DNA of 64,000 bases from an uncultured Acidimicrobiales bacterium (GTDB lineage Bacteria > Actinomycetota > Acidimicrobiia > Acidimicrobiales > UBA8190), in assembly GCA_963758765.1 (NCBI GenBank), contig CAVWWR010000003.1, forward strand, positions 1,046,939-1,110,938. Direction: 5' to 3'. Of the stretch, positions 20,735 through 30,697 are shown one piece after another (positions within the stretch are counted from its first letter, which is position 1; each line of letters opens with the position of its first letter). A program made the position numbers and the translations under genes. The notes beneath the pieces were generated by a model. That model ran no database searches and had not been told where the DNA came from. It saw only the letters and a program-made list of their open reading frames with translations.

Positions 20735-21397
20735 GTGTGCTTCTCTCCTGAGGGGGACCTCGTGGGTGGAATCGTCGTCACGGCTATCGGTGTCGACGCG
20801 GTGCGCCACCTGCACCACCGTAACGACCACCTCGCCCTGGCCGCGCTCCCATTGCTCCTCGGCGTCCACGAGATCGACGAGGCCTTCGTTTGGTGGGGAC
20901 TCCAGGGGGTCGTGCCCCACGGCCTCGGCCGGGCGGCCATGTGGATCTACCTCATCATCGCCTTCGTCGTGCTGCCCGTCTTCGTGCCGCTCGTCATCAT
21001 GCTGCTCGAGCCAACGGCTCGCCGAAGATTGAGGATCGTGCCGTTCTTAGCGATCGGGACCGGGGTGTCGACGGTGTTGTTGGAAACGATTCTGGTGAAC
21101 CGTCCCACAGTCACGCTGGGCGCGTACCATCTCGCCTACTCGATCGGGTTGCAGCACGGAGTCGTCGTCATCGGGCTCTACATCGTCGCGACATGCGGGT
21201 CGCTTTTGGCGTCGGGGTTTCGCCATATTGTGGTGTTTGGCCTGGCAAACCTTGTAGCCGTCTCTATCTTGGCTCGGCTGAGCGCCGATGGGTTCGCCTC
21301 GTTGTGGTGCTTCTATGCAGCCGTCGCCTGCGGGGCGATCATGTTGCACATGCGTTATGCCAAACCCCATAGAGCCACACCGTATGCAATTAGCTGA
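20735..21397 (+). CDS. DUF6629-like integral membrane protein
   Basis: GTG start giving VCFSPEGDLVGGIVVTAIGVDAVRHL..., like the MCFS... N-terminus of this family (recalled). About 6 TM segments. Confidence 0.6.
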   Translation: MCFSPEGDLVGGIVVTAIGVDAVRHLHHRNDHLALAALPLLLGVHEIDEAFVWWGLQGVVPHGLGRAAMWIYLIIAFVVLPVFVPLVIMLLEPTARRRLRIVPFLAIGTGVSTVLLETILVNRPTVTLGAYHLAYSIGLQHGVVVIGLYIVATCGSLLASGFRHIVVFGLANLVAVSILARLSADGFASLWCFYAAVACGAIMLHMRYAKPHRATPYAIS

Positions 21398-21538
21398 CGC
21401 AGCGTAGCTTGGTGGGCTCCGCCGTTGGGCAGTGCTTCGCCGCTCGGCCTTGTAGACGTGACACGCTGAACATGGTTTCGGCCCGTCCCACACAACGGAT
21501 ACAGCGCCTGTGGTCCGTCAGGCTTGTCTTCATTCAGA

Positions 21539-21994
21539 TCACGCGGACGTAGAGATTCGTCGGACTTCCTGCACGAGCCAACCATTGCCGTCAGGATCGC
21601 TGAAGTCGAAGAATGAGTTGTAGTCGCTCCGTTGAGGATCGGGTCCCGGCACCTGGGTGCCTGATTCAAAGTGAAAGACGTCACTCACTTCGGTCCCGCG
21701 TGCGACGAGTTCTTTCCGCGCCGCGTCGATATCGGGGACGACGAGGTGCAGACCCTTGACGGAGCCCGGCGCATCCAAATTCCTCATGAGGGCGATGGAA
21801 CATGGTGAACCAGGCGGCGTCAGCTGCACGACCCGAAACTCGTCGCCAGCGCTGTGGTCGACGAGCAGGTCGAAGCCTGCCTTCTCGAGATAGAAGGTCT
21901 TGGCCTGGTCGATATTCGAAACGGGAACCACGACGAGTTCGAGCCTCCATTCCACGATGCAGTCTCCTTGTCGCTCGGGGCGGATGGTGGCCAA
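21539..21994 (-). CDS. VOC (glyoxalase-fold) family protein
   Basis: 151 aa. LELVVVPVSNIDQAKTFYLEKAGF ... FSDPDGNGWLVQE. Confidence 0.85.
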   Translation of the reverse strand: MATIRPERQGDCIVEWRLELVVVPVSNIDQAKTFYLEKAGFDLLVDHSAGDEFRVVQLTPPGSPCSIALMRNLDAPGSVKGLHLVVPDIDAARKELVARGTEVSDVFHFESGTQVPGPDPQRSDYNSFFDFSDPDGNGWLVQEVRRISTSA

Positions 21995-22037
21995 CTCGGA
22001 CCGACTCGTGCGCGCCGCGATACGGCGCCCGCCTTGC

Positions 22038-22817
22038 CTACTCGTTGGGCGTGCGCAGTTTGAACTGGGCGCCTGCTGGGTCTGTCACGGTGGCCAGGCG
22101 GCCGTAGGGGGTGTCCTGGGCGTCGAGGACGACCGAGCCGCCGTGGGCCTTGACCGTGGCCACGGTGTCGTCGACGTCATCGACCTCCCAGTAGACCCAC
22201 CACTGCGCGGGGACGCCGGCGGGGAGGAAGGCTGAGGCGTCCATGATCCCCGCCAACTCGCCCTCGCTGCTGGGGTGGCGCATAGTGGTGTAGCGGAACT
22301 CGTCGCTGTCCCCGACGGTGTCGGTGTCCCAATCGAACACCGAGCGGTAAAAGGCCACGGCGACGGCATAGTCCCGGGTGTGCAGCTCGAACCAGCTGGG
22401 GGCGCCGTGCTCATTGAGGACGGTGAACCCCGGGAAGGTCCCGGGCTGCCAGGTCCCGAAGGGGGCGCCGGTGGGGTCGACGAACACGGCCTGAATGCCG
22501 AGATCGGCGACGGCCATGGCCGGGGCCATGACCTGGGCGCCCTCGCCCTCGGCCCTCTGCAGGGTCTTGGCGACGTCGTCGGTGTCGAGGTAGATCTTCC
22601 ATGTGTCATTGGCCCGGAGCTCCCCCATGTCACCCATGGCGCCGGCGACGGGGACACCGTTGCGGGTGAACATGAAGTAGCCCCCGAACTCGGGGCTCGG
22701 CTCCTGGGCCTCCCAGCCGAAGAGCTCGCCATAGAACGTGGCGCTGCCTTCGACGTCAGATGTCCAGAGGTCAGCCCAGCACGGCGATCCCACGGGGGCT
22801 CGGTCACGGGTGGGCAT
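22038..22817 (-). CDS. two-domain VOC (glyoxalase-fold) family protein
   Basis: 259 aa. Two repeats of the fold (PCWADLWTSDVEGSATFYGELFGWE... and WFELHTRDYAVAVAFYRSVFDWD...), ending TVTDPAGAQFKL. Confidence 0.85.
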   Translation of the reverse strand: MPTRDRAPVGSPCWADLWTSDVEGSATFYGELFGWEAQEPSPEFGGYFMFTRNGVPVAGAMGDMGELRANDTWKIYLDTDDVAKTLQRAEGEGAQVMAPAMAVADLGIQAVFVDPTGAPFGTWQPGTFPGFTVLNEHGAPSWFELHTRDYAVAVAFYRSVFDWDTDTVGDSDEFRYTTMRHPSSEGELAGIMDASAFLPAGVPAQWWVYWEVDDVDDTVATVKAHGGSVVLDAQDTPYGRLATVTDPAGAQFKLRTPNE

Positions 22818-22966
22818 GGTTGCTCCTTCGGATCGGGTTGATCATTGCATTGCTTCGACGGGCCCGGGGCACCAGATTCATCGGTCCTCGGAGGTCGCTC
22901 GGAAGTGAAGCTCCACGGGCTCCCTGGCGACCCAGCAGGCTTGGCTAGCAGTGACCCCGTGTCTAT

Positions 22967-22996
22967 ATACTCCCGTGAACCATACTCCCGTGAACC
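22967..22996. repeat. perfect 15-bp tandem direct repeat (ATACTCCCGTGAACC x2) in a divergent promoter region
   Basis: Read directly: 22967-22981 and 22982-22996 are identical. The repeat lies about 20 bp upstream of the 23016 start and about 150 bp from the divergent 22817 start. Confidence 0.9.
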
Positions 22997-23015
22997 CGAA
23001 GCAAGGGGCAGCGGA

Positions 23016-23705
23016 ATGCGGAAGGTGTTCGTCGTACCGACGGCGGTGGTACTGACCTTGGTGACGCTCGGAGCCACCGCCTGTGGGAGTAGCACCAACA
23101 ACACGGCCGCAGTCGCCGCGGCACACAAAAAGACTTTCTGCGCCGCGAACGTCAAGGTAGACAAGGCCGGCGCCAGCGTCGACACCACCGCCGCCTTTCT
23201 TGTCGTACTCAAGGCGAACAAGGATGCGCTCAAAACCATGGACGACAACGCTCCTGCGGGCAAGGTTGGCCGGGAGGCGCGCGCACTGGTCAAGCTCGCC
23301 GACACCGCTATCGCCACGAACAATCCCAATAGCCTGTTCTCCAGTAACAACGGCGGGGACGTGGACACGTACTGCGGGGTCGACGCGAACGGCGACCCGC
23401 TGCCCGCCGACTTCGGGGCCGGTAAGGGAACCGCCTTCTGCTCGGTTTCCGACGCCATTGACCAGGGAACGCAAAATGCCTCCTCCGCCGCCCAAGTACT
23501 GACCTTCCTGTCGGCTCATCAGACCCTGATCAACCAGTACGCGACCTACGTCCCGGGCCTGCCCAGTTCAGTGCGGACCGACGCCCAGACCCTTGTCACT
23601 ACGGCCCGGGCCGCCATCGCAGCCAACAACTCCAACTCGCTCGGAACCTCGGCCATCTCCCAAGACAGCATGGCGGTAACGCTCTACTGCGGAAACAACG
23701 AGTAG
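23016..23705 (+). CDS. probable lipoprotein of unknown function
   Basis: MRKVFVVPTAVVLTLVTLGATAC-GSS signal/lipobox-like N-terminus. Ala/Thr/Asn-rich helical body with 6 Cys. No family recognised. Confidence 0.7.
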   Translation: MRKVFVVPTAVVLTLVTLGATACGSSTNNTAAVAAAHKKTFCAANVKVDKAGASVDTTAAFLVVLKANKDALKTMDDNAPAGKVGREARALVKLADTAIATNNPNSLFSSNNGGDVDTYCGVDANGDPLPADFGAGKGTAFCSVSDAIDQGTQNASSAAQVLTFLSAHQTLINQYATYVPGLPSSVRTDAQTLVTTARAAIAANNSNSLGTSAISQDSMAVTLYCGNNE

Positions 23706-23798
23706 CTCGGCGAACCGTCTTGCAACAAGAGGGTCGCCCTATTCTCGGTCCTCGGTGTGTCACGCCGCGGGCGGACCAATCTGCATAAGGTCGGTCCC

Positions 23799-24458
23799 AT
23801 GGACCCGGGGATGGACGAGATCCGCGACGGTGACACCGTCTGGCGCTTTGACCGAAGCTTCTTAGAGTCGAGATGGGTTTGTCTGTGGGGCCGAGGTTGC
23901 CAGGGTATCGGTCCGCAACCGGCGGAGCATCTTGGTCTGGGCTGCTGCTCGATCGGGGCTGACCTGGGAGATGCGGACGAAGCTCGGATGATCGCCGCGC
24001 TCGCGGCCACCCTGGCGCCAGCCCAGTTCGAGCGTCACACCGAGGCCCGAGAGGGTGGCATCTTCAGCGACAGCCTCCGCACCCACACCCGGGTTGTCGA
24101 TGGTTCCTGCATCTTCCTCAACCGCCCGGGATTCGCCGGCGGCGCGGGCTGCGCGTTGCACTTGGCGGCCATCGAGGCGGGTGAGTCACCCATCGAGTGG
24201 AAGCCGTCGGTGTGCTGGCAGCTGCCCATCAGGGTGGACTGGGAGAGGGGCGATGAGGATACCGAGGTGGCGACGGTGCGCCGCTGGACGCGCCGCGACT
24301 GGGGTATCGAGGGCGAGACGATGGCGTGGTGCTGCACGGAAGGTTCGTCGGCGTACGTGGGAGATCGTCCGGTGATCGAGTCTCTGGGCGCGGAGTTGGA
24401 GGCGATCGTCGGCACCGAGACCTACGTCGAGTTGCGCCACCGGATGACAGGGAAGTAG
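23799..24458 (+). CDS. conserved Cys-rich hypothetical protein
   Basis: About 220 aa with many spaced Cys (WVCLWGRGCQGI...GCCSIGA...GSCIFLN...GCALH...SVCWQLP...AWCCTEG), suggesting a metal/FeS-binding fold. Start uncertain (23757/23799/23811). Confidence 0.6.
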   Translation: MDPGMDEIRDGDTVWRFDRSFLESRWVCLWGRGCQGIGPQPAEHLGLGCCSIGADLGDADEARMIAALAATLAPAQFERHTEAREGGIFSDSLRTHTRVVDGSCIFLNRPGFAGGAGCALHLAAIEAGESPIEWKPSVCWQLPIRVDWERGDEDTEVATVRRWTRRDWGIEGETMAWCCTEGSSAYVGDRPVIESLGAELEAIVGTETYVELRHRMTGK

Positions 24459-24573
24459 CCGCTCGGGCGCCACCTCTTCTGGTGTGCCCTTCGAAGCCCG
24501 AAGGACAGGTCGACTACACGTTGGGCGCCACCCAGGCGAAGGGCACAGGCTCGCCTTGTAAAGTGGTCGGAAG

Positions 24574-25125
24574 ATGGCCACTTTAAGCGGTAAGAAGGTG
24601 GTCATGACGACTGAGCGACGCAACGACAGCCTCGAGCGAGAGGACCTCCTGGAGACACTGGCCAAGCACCGGGCCTTCCTGCGCCAGACGGTCCAGGGCC
24701 TCACCGATGACCAGGCGCGCCAGCGCACCACCACGAGTGCGCTGTGCCTGGGCGGGGTGATCAAGCATGTATCCCTGGTCGAGCACCGCTGGGTCGAGTT
24801 CATCTTGAAGGGACCCGCAGCCATGCGATCGGGAAGCGAGACGGCCCGGCAGGAACACGCGGCGGGGTTTGTCATGTCGGAAGGAGACACGCTGGCCGCT
24901 CTGCTCAGCCATTACGACGACGTGGCCCGTCGCACCGATGACCTGGTGTCCTCAATGGCTTCCCTCGACCCATCGCATCCCTTACCGGAGGCCCCCTGGT
25001 TCGAGCCGGGGGCTCGTTGGTCAGCGCGACGGGTGCTTTTGCACATCATCGCCGAGACAGCCCAGCACGCCGGACACTCCGACATCATCAGGGAGTCTCT
25101 CGACGGCGCCAAGACCATGGGCTGA
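24574..25125 (+). CDS. DinB-family (DUF664-like) four-helix-bundle protein
   Basis: 183 aa. ...LGGVIKHVSLVEHRW... and C-terminal LLHIIAETAQHAGHSDIIRESLDG, typical of DinB/DUF664 metal-binding His residues. Confidence 0.8.
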   Translation: MATLSGKKVVMTTERRNDSLEREDLLETLAKHRAFLRQTVQGLTDDQARQRTTTSALCLGGVIKHVSLVEHRWVEFILKGPAAMRSGSETARQEHAAGFVMSEGDTLAALLSHYDDVARRTDDLVSSMASLDPSHPLPEAPWFEPGARWSARRVLLHIIAETAQHAGHSDIIRESLDGAKTMG

Positions 25126-25531
25126 GCGGGTCCGAGATTGCAGACCGAGGACTGGTCATGCCGTCGACCGAAACGATCAAGGGAGCTGGACGCAAAGCAC
25201 CGTTCGTCGACCCCGAGGGGAACAGGATCACTCTTACGGGATTGAGGTATCAGGCGACCAGTCACGACCAGCGATGACGCGGCGGCCAGGACTCCACAGG
25301 GGCTGGGGGGGATTTTGGGCGCCGCCAGAGCACGCAGTGCCAGGCCTGTTCGGCCGCGAGCAGGCGTTCACCTGGGCTCGGCGCCGGGATCACGACGATG
25401 GGGCTGCTCATGGGCATCTCTGTGCCCTATCCTCGACCCCCCGACGACCCCGGTGCCAGGCAATTCGCGCGAAGATCGGTACGTCGGGCGGTATCCACCT
25501 CAATCCGACCTCGCCCGGGTACGTATAGCCC

Positions 25532-27006
25532 ATGACAACTTCGCATTCGCCAACCGACGCCAGCCCGGCGGCAGTTCCGGCGCTGCCCCCGCACGTGTTG
25601 GTGCTCTTCGGGGCGACGGGCAACCTTGCGCAACGAAAGCTGCTGCCCGGTATCCTCCACCTCGCCAGGGCGGGCTTGCTCCCTGAATATCGCATCGTCG
25701 GCACGTCACTCGAGGAGATCGACGAACAGCAGTTTCGGGATCTCGCTTGGGATGCGTGTAAACAGTTCGCCCGCCATCACGTTACCGACACCGAGTGGGC
25801 GGATTTCTCGAAGCGCTTGACCTACATTCCCCAAGGCGCGGGACCGGGTGGTCTGTCCGACGCGGTGGGAAGGGTCGAGGCGGAGTTGCCCGGCATTCCC
25901 CGGCGGTTGCACTACCTGAGCATTCCCCCCAGCGCGGCTCCTGCGGTGGTCAACACGCTTGCCGAGGCCGAACTTGGCCGAGCGTGCCCGAATCATCATG
26001 GAGAAGCCCTTTGGGACTGATCTAGTCAGCGCTCAATTACTCAACGCTATGGTGCACGAGGTCTTCTCTGAGGACCAGATCTTTCGAATCGATCATTTCT
26101 TGGGCAAGGAAGCTGCGCAGAACATCTTGGCCTTTCGTTTCGCCAACGGGTCTGTTCGAGCCGATTTGGAACCGTGAACACATCGAGCACGTTCAGATTG
26201 ATGTCCCGGAGACACTCTCGGTCGAGGACCGCGGTTCTTTCTACGATTCCACCGGAGCCTACCGAGACATGGTTGTCACGCATCTTCTCCAGATCCTGGC
26301 CTTCATGGCAATGGAGCCCCCGACCGCCCTTGAGCCTCGTGCGATCAGTGAAGAGAAGAACAAGGTGTTCCGATCCCTTCAGGACATCGACGTCCAACAT
26401 GTTGTGCGTGGACAATACGAGGGATACCGGTCGACTCCCGGCGTGTCGCCCGACTCAGAGACCGAGACGTTTATCGCGCTGCGATGTGAAATAGACAACT
26501 GGCGGTGGGCGGGGGTCCCTTTCTACCTCCGTACTGGCAAACGCATGGCCGAGAGTGCACGGATCATCTCCATTGCCTTCCGGGAGCCTCCCAAAAGCAT
26601 GTTCCCCGCCAATTCGGGTGTCGGTGCCAAGGGGCCCGATCACCTCACCTTCGATCTTGCTGATGCCTCAAAGCTCTCGCTGTCCTTCTACGGCAAGCGG
26701 CCTGGGCCCGGAATGCGCCTCGACAAGTTGAGCTTGCAGTTCGCTCTTCACGAGACCGACCAGGAAGGCGATGTGCTGGAGGCGTACGAGCGGCTGATTT
26801 ATGACGCCATGAGTGGTGACCACACCCTCTTCACCACCGCTGAGGGCATCGAGCGGCTGTGGGAGGTGTCGATACCGCTCTTGGACTCACCGCCCGAGGT
26901 AGAACTCTATCGTCAAGGCTCCTGGGGACCGAGCTCGATTCGGGAGCTCATCGCACCGCGCGCATGGCGGCTTCCTTTCGAGCGCGCATGGCGCCGCGGC
27001 AGCTGA
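25532..27006 (+). CDS. zwf: glucose-6-phosphate 1-dehydrogenase, interrupted by two apparent 1-nt frameshifts (~25978, ~26149)
   Basis: Three consecutive ORFs in different frames carry [13 protein letters not shown] (NADP site), then [12 protein letters not shown]...RIDHFLGKE...RFANG, then [17 protein letters not shown]...[20 protein letters not shown]...YLRTGKR. Removing one base at each junction gives a colinear Zwf. Confidence 0.85.
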
Positions 27007-27140
27007 TTCGACTGCGAGTGTGCGGCCCGCCCCGAACCTCGTGCTGACCCGGCGATAGCCATTGGCGGTTCCTCTAAAAAGACCCTGGACCAGCGACAAG
27101 ACAGGGGGTCATCTACCGTCTCAACCATGCGTGTCGCGGC

Positions 27141-28301
27141 TTGCGGGTGCTCCACAAGCAGCAGAACCACCGACGCATCGGCGCTACGAGGGGCGTGATG
27201 GACGGACTTCCCCCGTGGGACGTGCCGCGGGCCGTCCTGGACGCGTTCTGTTTCGAAGGGGCCCGGATCGGGGTTCAAGGGCTGGCCGGCGGCCATATCC
27301 ACCGGAACTTCGTGGTGACGTGCACCGGGAGTCGCTATGTCCTGCAGCGGCTCAACGACCGGGTGTTCCCCGATATCGATGCCGTGCTGTCCAACGTCGA
27401 ACGGGTGGTGGCGCACCTGCGCGGCAGTGGTCGGAGCGGGCCGGACCTCGTCGAGACCCCAGGCGGTGCACTGTCGTTTCGGGCCGCCGACGGCTCGACG
27501 TGGCGCGCGTTCCGTTTCCTCGAGGGAACCGTGGGGCGCGTCACGCTTCGCGGCCCCTGCGATGCCTTCGAGGTGGCGCGGGCCTTCGCCGACTATCTGG
27601 TGGCGTTGAATGGCCTCCCGGGCCCGCCCCTGGCCACGACGATCGAGCGGTTCCACGACCTTGACCACCGGCTGCAGACGCTCGACGCCGCCGCCGCCGC
27701 CGACCCGGTCGGGCGTCGATCCGGAGTCCTCGCCGAGCTTGGCCGTGCTCGGCGGTTAGGCCGGCATGTCGCCGAGGAGCTCAGTGCGCAGCATAAACCG
27801 TCACGAGTGCGAGTTGTCCACAACGACGCCAAGCTCGCCAACGTGCGATTCGACGCCGGTACCGGTCTGGCGGTCTGCGTGGTCGACCTGGACACCACCA
27901 TGCCGGGCCATGTCGGGTACGACGTGGGAGAGCTGGTGCGCACAGCCACCACACATGCGGCCGAAGATGCCACCGATGCTGCGACCGTCGACTTCGACCT
28001 CGAGCTTCTCGATGCACTGTCCTCGGGTTACTTCAGCGCCCATCCCCGGCTAGCGCCATCGGAGGTCGACACACTGACTCTGGCCGGGCCACGCATGGCT
28101 GTCGAGAACGCGGTGCGCTTCCTGACCGACCATTTGGTTGGCGACCGCTACTTCGCCGTTGAGCGTACGGCCCACAATCTCGACCGCTGCCGGACCCAAC
28201 TACGGCTCACTGAGCTGATGCTCGAAGCTCAGGCCGAATCCGAAGCCTGCATTCTCCGAGCCGCTCGGAGCGACGAGTCTGACAAGCCGCACCAAGCCTG
28301 A
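27141..28301 (+). CDS. phosphotransferase (aminoglycoside/hexosamine-kinase-like, APH fold) family protein
   Basis: 386 aa. Catalytic loop VVHNDAKLANVRFD and metal-binding VVDLDTTMPG. The start may be Met 27198. Confidence 0.75.
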   Translation: MRVLHKQQNHRRIGATRGVMDGLPPWDVPRAVLDAFCFEGARIGVQGLAGGHIHRNFVVTCTGSRYVLQRLNDRVFPDIDAVLSNVERVVAHLRGSGRSGPDLVETPGGALSFRAADGSTWRAFRFLEGTVGRVTLRGPCDAFEVARAFADYLVALNGLPGPPLATTIERFHDLDHRLQTLDAAAAADPVGRRSGVLAELGRARRLGRHVAEELSAQHKPSRVRVVHNDAKLANVRFDAGTGLAVCVVDLDTTMPGHVGYDVGELVRTATTHAAEDATDAATVDFDLELLDALSSGYFSAHPRLAPSEVDTLTLAGPRMAVENAVRFLTDHLVGDRYFAVERTAHNLDRCRTQLRLTELMLEAQAESEACILRAARSDESDKPHQA

Positions 28302-28357
28302 CGGGAAAAGAGCCCCGTCTTGGGTCTCTGGGATGAATTGCGGTCGGCGCTCATGTA

Positions 28358-29359
28358 TTGCTCTACATCCGACACAAATCGGCCACAACCTTCACGTCGC
28401 GTTCCCGGGCCGGCTCTCGAAACTTCAAGCGGGAGAGATATTTGGTCGAACCTAAAGGCGGCAGACCGGGGAAGACGTGGGATTGGAGGTGGGGGCGCCC
28501 GCCGAGGCCCGGCGGCAGGCGGACGGCGCGGTGGGGTGCTTCCCGGGATGGGCTGCCTTCCGGTGAGGTATGTCGGGACTCGGCTTCTTTCGGCTTGGTC
28601 GAAGCGGCGAACCTTCAGGAGCTCGTCGACGCCGCCAGCGACGCTTTCGTGGCCTTCGATTCGGTAGGCCAAATTCGCAGCTGGAATACCGCCGCCTCCC
28701 GCATCTTCGGCTACGGGCCCGACGAGGCGTTGGGCCAGCTCACGATGATGCTGGTGCCTGACATCCAAGAGTCTGCGCAACAGGCGCGCGTGGAACGGGT
28801 CCTAGACGGCGAGCACATCTACAGTGTCAACGCCGATGGTCGACGACGAGACGGCGCCGTGGTGCCCCTGAGGTTGGCCTTTGTTCCGACCGGTGAGGGC
28901 CGAGGGGATTGTGTGATCGCCCGCGACCTGACCGAAGAGCACCTGGCTCAGACGACCTTGACCGAGGCCGAGTTCCGCCTCGGAGAGGCTCAGGAGCTTT
29001 CACATGTGGGGCTTTGGCTCTGGGATGAGGCGACCGACTTGCTGCAGATCTCCGACGAGCTCTACAGGATCTACGGCATCAGCCCCCGTAGCTTTGAAGG
29101 CACCATGACGGCTTTGTTGGACTACAGCCATCCTGAGGACCGCACTGCACTGACCTCGGCTATGCAGGAATCCTTGCGAACGGGTGTCGACTACGAGCAG
29201 GAATACCGGATAGAGCGCCTCGATGGCTCTCTCGGCTGGATCTACAGCCGAGCGCGGCGCCCAACGTGCTCATGCTGCGGATCTATCCCGATGTACGGGT
29301 CCAACTCTAGCTGGAGGCCACGCCGACAATCTGAACTAGGAGCTCCATCCAAGTCGTGA
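28358..29359 (+). CDS. tandem PAS-domain sensor protein without a recognisable output domain
   Basis: Two PAS-like modules (DAFVAFDSVGQIRSWNTAASRIFGY...; GLWLWDEATDLLQISDELYRIYG...EQEYRIERLDGSLGWIYSRA). The N-terminal ~70 aa look non-coding, so the start is uncertain. The C-terminal tail is odd and may be frame-shifted. Confidence 0.65.
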   Translation: MLYIRHKSATTFTSRSRAGSRNFKRERYLVEPKGGRPGKTWDWRWGRPPRPGGRRTARWGASRDGLPSGEVCRDSASFGLVEAANLQELVDAASDAFVAFDSVGQIRSWNTAASRIFGYGPDEALGQLTMMLVPDIQESAQQARVERVLDGEHIYSVNADGRRRDGAVVPLRLAFVPTGEGRGDCVIARDLTEEHLAQTTLTEAEFRLGEAQELSHVGLWLWDEATDLLQISDELYRIYGISPRSFEGTMTALLDYSHPEDRTALTSAMQESLRTGVDYEQEYRIERLDGSLGWIYSRARRPTCSCCGSIPMYGSNSSWRPRRQSELGAPSKS

Positions 29360-29470
29360 TGTCAGAGGCGCCGGCGGTCAGACAGAAGCGCGGGCGTCTA
29401 TTGTAGAAGTGCTCGTGCCGAGTTCCGACGATCGTGCACGCAGTCGGCTCGGCAGAAGGAGGTGAGGTCC

Positions 29471-29746
29471 ATGGGGATCTTGTTGGCTTTTGCGGTCGGC
29501 TACGTCGTCGGGGCCCAGGCTGGCAACGAGGGGTATGACGAAGTCGTCACCTCGCTGAAGTCGGTTCGAGACTCCGAGGAGTTCAAGGGATTGGTTTCGG
29601 CTCTTCGATCCCATGCCAGCTACGCGCTTACCGAGATTGCGCAGCGGCTGACCGCCGAGTCGCAACACCCCGGGCCGGTGCAGGAGGTTCTGGGCAGGGT
29701 CCGTGGCCTCATCGGCCAGGATGCCCTCAGAGGGACCGCATCTTGA
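29471..29746 (+). CDS. small hypothetical protein with an N-terminal hydrophobic segment
   Basis: GAAGGAGGTGA Shine-Dalgarno precedes ATG 29471. 91 aa: MGILLAFAVGYVVGAQAG... then a helical region. Confidence 0.5.
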   Translation: MGILLAFAVGYVVGAQAGNEGYDEVVTSLKSVRDSEEFKGLVSALRSHASYALTEIAQRLTAESQHPGPVQEVLGRVRGLIGQDALRGTAS

Positions 29747-30112
29747 TGTACCGGGCCAGGCTCGGCAGGGAATGAATCGTGAGCCAACCCACTCCAACGA
29801 TCACGCACCAGCGGACGAGTCGATACATGAGATCCCCTGGATGTCCCTTCGTCAGCGAATCAGTACCAGCCCCAATCTAGACCCGACTGCGGCGTCGTGG
29901 TGGCCGACCCCTTGTGCCGGTTCGGGCTCTTGATACGACCGGGTTGGCGCCCGACGCGAGGGGTTGGATTTGGGGTACCGTGCCGATCAGCACTGGCGCC
30001 GGCTGCGCAGCGTCGTGGCCGGGTTGTTTTGGTGTCGACTCGAAAGGGAATGGATTGACACCGTCACCCCCCGGTGACTACGAGGAGTGGTATCCGCGGG
30101 GGCCGCGGGGGG

Positions 30113-30697
30113 ATGGGTTTGGCCATGCGCAATGGGCACGGTGAAAGCGTGACGGTGGCTTCCGGATTGACTTGGCCGAGTGCAGTAGACACCGTGCCCG
30201 AGACGCGATGTCAGTTCACGGTCGCGCCACCCCGCCACTTCTTGTACCCCGCACTGCTGCTCTTGCTGACAGAGCAACCGTGCCACGGGTATCGGTTGGT
30301 CGACGGCCTGAACGAGCTCGGGCTGGGTCGCATAGACCGTCCCAGTGTCTATCGGGCTCTCGCCGACCTCGAGCGCGATCTCCTGGTGGTGTCGCGGCCC
30401 GAGCCGCCCACCGCGGGCTCGATCCGTCACGTCTTTGCCATCACTCCCAAGGGTGATCAGGTGTTGGAGGCGTGGATGTCGGTTGTGGCCCAGGAGCGAT
30501 CCAGCCTGGATCTGGTTCTCCGCCGCTACTGGTACTGCAATGCGCAGCGGTTGGTCGGAATGCCCGGCACGCTCGAGGACCCCCCTGCGTGGGCCGCGCC
30601 GACTCGCACCGGCCCCGTCGGAGGGGCCTGCCGAGCTCGAAGGCGGATTCCATGCCGTGGCGACCACCAGAAGAGTTCGGTTCGACGTCTTGGGTGA
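30113..30697 (+). CDS. PadR-family transcriptional regulator
   Basis: Winged-helix core FLYPALLLLLTEQPCHGYRLVDGLNELGLGRIDRPSVYRALADLERDLLV...ITPKGDQVL. Start uncertain (30113/30125/30194). The 3' end overlaps the next gene. Confidence 0.75.
   Translation: MGLAMRNGHGESVTVASGLTWPSAVDTVPETRCQFTVAPPRHFLYPALLLLLTEQPCHGYRLVDGLNELGLGRIDRPSVYRALADLERDLLVVSRPEPPTAGSIRHVFAITPKGDQVLEAWMSVVAQERSSLDLVLRRYWYCNAQRLVGMPGTLEDPPAWAAPTRTGPVGGACRARRRIPCRGDHQKSSVRRLG

Noticed and set aside
18815-20920. 701-aa ORF on the minus strand. Similar long 'shadow' ORFs occur at 41238..43034 (-), 46381..47904 (-), 22085..23458 (-), 47936..49168 (+), 47964..49019 (-), 49016..50074 (-), 29987..30937 (-) and in the 5' and 3' parts of 49813..51984 (+).
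   Set aside because: Their translations are Arg/Pro/Gly/His-rich and low in complexity. They lie antisense or out of frame to genes with clear family motifs (Ldt, hypF, the ABC transporter etc.). This is the typical stop-codon-poor alternative-frame artefact of high-GC DNA.
25159-25278. A 39-codon ORF ending ...APFVDPEGNRITLTGL, resembling the C-terminal strand of a VOC/glyoxalase protein.
   Set aside because: Only the last ~20 residues resemble the fold and there is no upstream continuation in any frame. It is at best a gene remnant and is not reported as a feature.
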